Shown here one piece after another: positions 10,901 through 19,900 of a stretch of DNA of 63,473 bases (position 1 is its first letter; every line of letters begins with the position of its first letter). The notes under the pieces are model-generated. The model did not search any database. It saw only the letters and a program-made list of their open reading frames with translations, and had not been told where the DNA came from. The stretch comes from a virus (Duplodnaviria > Caudoviricetes), in the IMG/VR virus record IMGVR_UViG_3300049811_000819, positions 1 to 63,473 of that record. One strand, written 5' to 3'. The translations under genes were made by a program, and so were the position numbers.

Positions 10901-13900
10901 ATAAAGTTCTTCTAGAGATATTTGTGTTTCGGCAGACTGGAACGAGCGGAGTCTGCTAGTCGGGGTGGCGTTATAGAGTTTTTCTTGTTGTCCCGCAACC
11001 AGAACTTCGTTAGCTGATTGTTTTTCGGCTATCTGGCGACGTTTCCGCTCGTTAATAATCTCGCGGTTGATAGTCTGAATTTCTTTTTCTGTAGCAAGAA
11101 TATCCTGACGAGTTGTGGCGTAAGTTTGTGCCATTTCCAGAATATTTTTAAGAGCCGCATTCGATTCGAGATCGGAGTTTTCGGACATGACTCGCTCGAT
11201 TGCTTCCCGGGAAAGTAAATTCTTGTCAATTGCTTCGGAGAAACTACCGACACCGAGCTTTTTAAGATCGTCCCCAAAGTAGGTAGATAGTGTTTTGTCA
11301 GCCGCTTCTGTGATTCGAGTATTTAGTTTCGCCCCAGTTTCCGATGCAGTTGTTTGAAGGGACGCAATTTTTTCTTTTGCTGTCTGTAACGACTCCTCAC
11401 GCACCTTAACATTAAACTCATACTCGTTAAGCTGTCCCGACGCAAATCCTTTTTCGTTACCGATTTGTCGGGTTAGGGACGCTCTTGCGTTAGCAAAAAT
11501 ACGATTGTCTTGAGCATTGAGCGATCGATTAAATGCGTACTGAAGTTTTTTGTACTGTTTTTCCTGATCCCTGAGAACATTAAGGTAGTTCTGTTGTTCG
11601 GTTTTAAGTCCAGCAATTAGTTCTTTCAATCGAGCCGATTCTGATGCGTAATTTTTAAGAGTGTTTCCGCTTTTTCGATACTCTTCGTCTAGTTGTGCAA
11701 GCGCATTTTCGGCTACCTGTAAATCCGCAGTAATACGAGAACCAACAGAGCCAAAGCGTTTATCGATCGCTTCCTGCTCCGTTTTCATTAACACTTGTTC
11801 TTGCTCATTTAAGCGTACTATCGATGCGGAATCCCCTTTACCTGAAGCAACTGCCCGTTCCGCTCGAATTAATGCAATCTGGTTCCGAACACCTTGCAGT
11901 GAATCGATAAACTTATCGATCCCGCTCGTATCCGAGAGTACAGTCTGATAACCTTTTAAGTTTGTTTCTAGCTCTCCTGCGCCTTCTCGAATGTTTTTAA
12001 GATTTTCTTGCCGATCACGAACGGCATTGTTTCTTTTAAAAGTGTAAACAGTTCCGACTGTTAAAACATTAAGAACTTTTTCGGTTCCCGATAAATTCAT
12101 GTCAGGGAAAAGATTATTCCAGAGATTTTTGTCTGGTTTAATTTTCCCTAAATCCTCTAAAACTTTTCTCGATTCCTTGAGAGTCTCAAGCGAATTTTTA
12201 AGTTCTGCATTCCCATTCTCGAAAATATCATAAAATGTTGTCAGCGCAAAGATTGTCGAGGCGGGAACAATCATCGCTCCGAGTGTTGCTTTTATTACTC
12301 CGCCCGCTACTTTTGCTGTAGCCGTGAGAGTTTGCATCTGGGTTGTTGTTTGCCCTGCTGTAACTCCCATTGCAAACAATGAGGCATTGTAAGAAGATAC
12401 AAGCATTGCTCCCAGTCGAGTAGCGGCAGAAAATTGCAATACTGCTTTTCCGAGTAGCCCGATTGCGCTTATCGCCGCAGATGCGCCTACTGTTACAACT
12501 AAACTGAGGTTGTCGCTTAGTCCCTTCAGGAGAGCGTTGAGTAGCTGTAGCGCAGGGTAAGCCACAACGCCAAGTTTTTCCCCGGCTCCCATCGATAGCT
12601 GTTCAACGTTGTTCTGGTAGCGATTGATTTCTGCTTGGAGAGTTTTGCTTGCCGCTCCGAGTCCTCCTGCGCTCATCCTTTCGTATTCGGACGATAATCG
12701 AGGGATCACATCATCAGTGAGTAATTGTCCTGCGCTGGCTTGTCGGTAGAATTCGGCAGTCGTAAGTCCCGACGCACGAGCGGCTACGATCAGTGCGTCG
12801 TAAAGTCCTCCCGACTCGGTTAATTGTTGAGTAAACTCCTCGACTGACAATACTGACCGAGATGCCATCTGATTAATCGCTCGGAATGTCTCGGCTTGTT
12901 GTTGTGGGCTAGTTTGCCGTACTGCAAGAGCAGACTGAAAACCTTGATAGATGTTGTCGCTTTGAGCTTGCAGTGGCGAATTCATTGTTACGATACGGAA
13001 CTGGGCGTACTGCTTGGCTGATTCTTTAAACGAGATACCGAGTTCGTTAGCCCGATCCTGTAGCCCGTCAATCGACGCATTAACGTCGCTAACGCCAGCG
13101 ACATTAAGGTTGATCTTGATTTGCTCTAATTCAGTAAAGGCGAGAAGCGAACTAGAAACTGCTTGTTGGAATTGAAATGGTAAGTTCTGAATTCCAAAGA
13201 ATAAAGGCTGTAATAGGAATTCGGCGGTTTTAAATAGAGCAAGTCCTCCAATAACTGCCAGCGATGCTTTACGAAGATTGAACATCCCCCCCGTAGCCGC
13301 ATCGAGTTCTTTGTCGAGGGTTCTGAGGGCTTTGCCGCCGACCGATAAGAAATTGATAAACCCATCCGCTTGAGCAATTGCAGCTTTTAGTCCACTTACG
13401 AAACTAGAGGTAAATCCGCTTGAAACGCCCGCTTCTTCAAAGCTGTCAAGAGTTTTGAAGATGTTATCTCTTTTTTGATTCCAGTCGCCAAGAATTTCTT
13501 CCCTTGTCGATTTTTGGGGATTCGATGTTTTTATAGTTTGATTTAAAAGCGATTCTCTTTTTTGTAGGATTGCTCTAGCTTTTATCAAGTCTTCTAGGTA
13601 GCGTTGTGGCGAATCTTTTAGCCCGCGAGACATCTCTGTATTCGTAGCCATCCGCTCCCCGTCGTTCGGGTCAGGAAAACCAGACGCAACACGAGGACGG
13701 CGGGGGGGCTGATTGCCACCTCCTCCCCCAGAAGCTAATCGAGCTTGCTCGGCACGTTGTTGCATCACGTCTGTTGCGTTTCTGGCTTGTTGAGCTAATC
13801 GAGCTTGCTCGGCACGTTGTTGCATCACGAGCGATGCCGCTTTTTGCATTGCTTGAATTTCGGATGCTAATGTTTTAGCTACCTTGCTTTTTGTCGTCTC

Positions 13901-16900
13901 AATTATGTTAATTGCATTTTCGATTCGTCTAGAAATTCTTTTCGCTTGCTTTTCAGTTTCAATAGCTTCTTTTTCGGGCTGATCAAGATTTTGTTTTTTA
14001 ACTGCTTGTTTAGGTTTTATTTTTTCTTCAATAACACTAAACTCAGCATCTATAATACGAGATGGATTAGCATTATTTGACTGTTTTGACTGTCTTGGTT
14101 GTGGTATATTTTCAACAACTGGAATAGCCGATAAAGGTTTTTGTTGTTGATTTGCTTTTTTGAGTTTAGATGCAACTTTTCCAGTTATTCCAAGCAAACT
14201 TAGTAAAGAAGCAACAGTTAACCCATAATTGCCTATAAATTTTAACAAATCGGTAGTTAATGCTTTCTCGGCAGATTCAACCTTTTTAGAAACATTTTTA
14301 ACTGGTAATATTTTGCTAGTTATTGATTGAGGACTGATAGACAATTCTTTATCAACAATAGAGTCAGAGACAATACTTGCTAAAAGATTTTTTTCTTTTT
14401 TAACAGGAGTAGGAGTAGTTACACTAGGAGGTTTAGATAGCTTCGCTTGTTTGTTTTCTATTTGAGGACGTTCAAAAAATCTTAATTGGTAAGGGGTAGA
14501 TTTGCCTGTCCCACCTAACGATTGCGGTAAAATGCGACTTAATGATTTACTTGGTACTGTTAACCTTGCCATATTCCCATGATCGGGAAGCATAACAGCA
14601 GTAAATCCCATAGAGCGAGCATATTTTTCTAACTGTTGTGGAGTCATATCTTTTTGACCTTCCATGGCAGTTAAATTACCTTCTTTTGTTTTACCAAAAA
14701 ATACTCTAGGACGAGGAACTTGGTAAGCTAACTGCTGTTTTACCGAGCTATGATAGCCTCCTTTGTAATTAGCTGGTCGTTGAACTTCGTCGTTGTATAA
14801 AACATGAAGACCGCCAATAAAAGTATCGTAATCGCTTAATCTATTCGATTTAGCTCCGCCATAGCCAAATTTTAAATTACCTTGTTTATTGATGCCAATA
14901 AAACCCCTTTCTTCTGCGGCGGCACGATTACGAGATAACTGCAAAACTTGTCCTCTTTGAACAACGTCTGCAATCATGTTTACTTTCTGATTTTTATTTT
15001 GCAAGAAAAATCTATCAAACATCGGGCCGGAACTATAAGCAATTGCCTGTTTATCCCGAAAAGCTTTTTTATCTACATCAACCTGCTTAACAACCTCTGC
15101 CCCAGTTGTAGCGGGGTTCATCGTGACCCCCTTAAAGGATTCTGTTTGGATAAATTGCTGTGCGTTGACAGGCATCCCACTAGAAGCTATGGCAAGAGTA
15201 GCCATAAGTCCCTTAACTGCCGGATTGGATAATCCTTTTTGTAATTCCTTGATAACTTTAGTGGTTAATTCTTTTACCTTAGTAGTTAATCTGCTTTCTT
15301 GTCTTTCAACGCCTATTCCTATTCCTTCAATTAGGTTTTTACCCGCTTTCTCTCCTTTTCGTGATGGCGATTGGTTTCCTAATCCCTTGTTAGTTGCGTT
15401 TACAATATCGATAGCATTTTGGTAAGCGATTTTTTCTGCTTTGTTATCTTTTAATCCTTTGGCTAAACCTTCGTTAAGGTTTTTGCCTGCCTCAATACCT
15501 TTTTTCCCGATCTCAGGGAGAAAAGTAGATTTCAATCCACCTGCTTCTGATGTTCGCTCCATCAATCCACCCATTTCTGGTGGAAGTGCTTTAAATCCGT
15601 ACCGTTCCCACAGTTTTTTTGATCGTGCGTCAGTTGGTAGAGTTACAAGGGGCGTATTGCCAACATGGGCAAATAGCTCTTTCATCCATCGGTTTAATAC
15701 CTCTCGGACTTTAGCTCGCGTTTCTGGATTAACAGGGGGAGTAAATGTGTTATTTACCATCAACGACGAAAGCATAAAGCGCCCGTCTTTTAGACCATGA
15801 CCATAAAGTCTAACTTTATGGTCATCGATAGTTTCTTCTCTAACGAAATCGCTAGTCTTGTTAGATAAGGGTTTTTCAGAAAGACTCACTGAGGGATTTT
15901 TCGATAGCTTTTTTGTTAATAATTTTTGTGTATTTTCAACAACGTCGCCACCTTCCCACTTGACCATTTTTGCTTCGGTTGCAAGGTCTTTTAACCCAGA
16001 GATTGGATCGGCAAAGCGAGATTGGATAATTTTTTCAATATCACCTAAAAACAGACCCACTTCAAAAGCTTTGACAATTTCTTCGGCTAACTCTTGAAAA
16101 TCGGATGATGCAAGCTCTTTTTCAATGCCTATCTCTACACCTTTGATTAAGTTTCTTCCTGCTTTTTCCCCTTTCCAAGATGGCGATCTATTACCTAATT
16201 CATTATTTAACCCATCAATAATATTTTTGGCATTTTTTCTAGCGATTTTGCCAGCTTTGTTATCTTTTAAGCCTTTAGTTAGACCTTCATTGAGGTTTTC
16301 AGCTGCTTTAATGCCCTCGTCGGTTAGATCGACTACGGTGAATTCAACATCAATTATTTGAGCTTTATCAAATAATTTTTTAACCTCATCGATTAAATGG
16401 CCAAGCATTCCCCCTAGTGATTGATTTATTTTCCCTCCCTTTAATTGAGGGTCTTCTATAAATCTTTTTATTTCAGCTGCCGATGCGACTGCAGATTTAT
16501 AAGCTTCTTTGATTTTGGCTAAACTTTTGGTATCATCTGGCATATTTAATGCCTCAGTTAGCAAATTTTTAGCCTGTTGGTATTGACCTGACTTTATCGT
16601 TTTTACATAATCTTTGGGAACCTTGACTGGTTCAAAGGGGGCTAGTTCTATTGGGTTAGGGAGTTTTGATGAAGCTAATCTTTGATAACTCTGTTTAAAC
16701 GTTTTAATAAGAGCGTCGGTTCTTCCTTGTAATGCTTTCTGGTCGTTGGCTCCTAGCCTCTGGGGAATGCTACCGGTGGCCGCTCCTAGAAGTTTTTTGA
16801 CCCCTTCCCCTGCCATTAACGACGATCCAGCAACCGCTCCCCCTTGCGCTAAGACACTGATAGTGCCGTTAGTTAGTTCGGTTACGAGGTTCATTACTGC

Positions 16901-19900
16901 TTCTGTTAGCTGTTGACCTACTCCGAACGGTAAGCCACTAAAAGCTTGTGTCATTTGCATTGACACTGCTTGAAGCATTTCCTGTCCACCAGCGCTCATC
17001 GCCCCTGACAGAATAGTTCGCATTTCGTTGATAACTGCGGCATCTAATCCGAGGGGGAGAGCGTGAAGGGCGGCCGCTCCTACTGCGGCAGTTCCCCCTA
17101 GCTGTAATGCTTTTTTACCTAAGCCCATCCCTGGTATAGCCATGACAGGGCGCTCGATCGCTTTCAATACCGTGAAAACAGTTTGACCGAATTTGATAAT
17201 ATCTAGAGAGGTATCCTTGAGAGCGTTTCTAAGTATTCTGCTCGCTTCTTTTACCTCTCTAATCAATACCTGATTTAATAGGTCTGAAATACTCTCATTA
17301 CCCGACAAAAGCTGTATTTCACCGCTACTATCAGGAGTCGATAATCTAGTAGTTAAACTGCTTTTTAAGCCTGCTTGGGTTTTGATAGCTATACTTTCTA
17401 AGACTTTTTCTAGCGGAGTATTTCCTCTGTCTGTTTCGCTAATACCAAAACCTTCAGGAGCGGGCGGCAAGAGCTTTTGTGAGGATGCTTTGTTAACTGC
17501 ATTTACGAAAGACTGCATTAATTCGGCATTAGATTTAGCCCACGGGTCGTTAGGTGTGCTATTTTGCCACGGATCGATTAAACGACTAGCATATTTGGCT
17601 AGAATAGCTTTTTCTATTCGGGATAGACTAGAAACTATTTGTTTTGTGGCACTGTGAATAGTTTTTTCAATTAAGTTTTCTTTTCCTGTTAAATCTTTTT
17701 GTTTGTTAACTACATCTGATACCTCTTGAGGCTTTATTTGTTGATTCTTGTTTAAAAGTGCCGCAAACTCGGAGATCGCTTTTTCGAGCCTATCAATGCT
17801 AATGATAGCGACTTCTCTGTTCTGGGAGTCTTTGCTTAATTGCCCCGATCTGCTACTTTTAGTTGGGGGACTAACAATGTCGCCTCCTACATTAAGGGTA
17901 TTTTGTTGTCTTCTCCGCAAAAAACGCGGATCATTAACCATTAATGAAGTGTCAGCATACCCCTCATCAAAAGCTTTTTGAAATATTTCCGTGGTTTTTT
18001 TATCGTATCCTTGAGTGCTTCGTCCTTTTGCCCCTTGAACATCTCTATTTATCTGTTCTTGGCGAGTTGTCTGATCTTTTGATAGCTTTGTTGCATTAGC
18101 AAAATCAATAGCTTTTAGTTCGTTTTCTGGACTAATTAAAACATTTTCTGTATTTAGATCAAAATGAGCATATCCAGATTCGTGTATATTTTTGAGTAAG
18201 CGTGCATAACGTTTTACATAATTTGTAAAAGCTTTAATATTTTCTTGGGTACTTAAATCGGCTTTTCGTAAAATATCGTTTAAAGAGCCAACTGTTTTAA
18301 TATATTCCTGAATAAAATACTCACCTTTTCTTGCGGTAATCGGGCGTGGTGCAAGTCCTTGTTTTGCCATTGCTAACTGAGCCTGGAACTCTTTTGGGGT
18401 TCCAAGTTTTCCTTGATTTAGTTCCGTGACTGGTGTTTTAATCGCTAAATTTCCAAGTCGATACACGGCTCCCGTAAAACCTTGTCCTACTTTTTCCGCT
18501 TTAAGTACATCAAGGTTTTCAGGGAGTATTTTTTGGGATTTCTGTAATGCTCGATTAACATTAATTAAGTCAAATGGCTGATACTGAATTGACTTGATAT
18601 TCTGTGATTCAGATGTTAGGGATTGCGATACATTTTCTAGCGCACTCTCGATTAATCCTGTATTTGTTCTTAAAGACGCTTCAAATCCAAGAATAGCGTT
18701 TGAGAGGTTAAAGAAAAAGTCGGTAATATTTTCTACGCTTTCGCCCATTGTGGCGATCTCTTTAATTACCTTGTTTTTCCCTATAAAAGTCGGAACTGAT
18801 GCGTTTGTGTCAACGTATTTATTAGCCGCATTTATCATTTCGCCAATACGCGAGAATGGGCTAGTTTTTAAGAGTTGAAGGTATTCTGATTGCGCTCCCT
18901 TGTCTCCCCCTGCGATTCTTTTTTGCAATTCGGAAACACGTCTTAAAAAGCCTTGATAAATCTGTGCTTCTTTCCGACGTATTTCAATCAAAGCCTGAAC
19001 GACTTTTTTGGCCGCCTTGTCTGCTTCCGTGTTCATGGGCATTTTGTCAACCCACTTTAATAAATCGGGCAGGGACTGGTCTTTGACTAGCGGCAATCCT
19101 TTTTGATTAGTTGTTTGCGAGAGTTTGTAGAGAATATCCCCAAATCGAGGATTAATGTTTTTACGAATATTGCTAGGCGCATCTTCTCTACGAGAAAACA
19201 TTTCTCCGTATGTTGCTGAGTCTGGAGCAGCATTGTCTGGCTCTGTAACGTAGTGATAAGGTTTTGCTCCAAACTGTTTTTCGTACCCTGCTTCAGCTAG
19301 GGTATCAATAGCATTGATAAAGTTAGTCCATTCTGTCTCAAATTCTTCTCCCATCGTGCGGAAAATATTTTTCCGTGTCTCCATCCAAAAGCGTAAAAGC
19401 GAGCCGAAGTTGCTTGGCTTAAGATCGATAGTATCGGTTCCTGAATTAACAAGTTTCTCGATTTCTTCTAGGTTCGAGAGAAGCGGGTCAAGGTAAGAAA
19501 AAGGAACACTTGCTCCCGTAAGAATTTCTGCAAGAGTATTCTGGTAGGCGGAAATTGTGCTTTGTAGTTCTTTTTGTTCTCCCCCAGATGTTTTGCTTGG
19601 ATTACCAAGAACTGGGATCGTTTTTAAAAACTCTGTCCGTTCAGCTATTTCTTGATCAACGGACGTAATCAACGCAAGTAATTCATCTAGTTTTTTAGTA
19701 TCGTTGACTGATAACCTTGATCGGTCAACACCTGACACAGATTGATCTAATTTTTCTTTGTATTTTTTTAATTCTGTAATTCGCTTAACAATTGGAGCAT
19801 AAAGATGCTTGAGCGACTCTCTGAGACTTTTATTAAATTGTTTTTGAGATGTAGCAAGATTGCTTACATAAAGTCCAATCTTGTGATCTTCCCCTGTTCT

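Noticed and set aside
13733-13829. 37-bp direct repeat in the TMP (MQQRAEQARLA x2)
   Set aside because: An ordinary short in-frame duplication in a helical linker.
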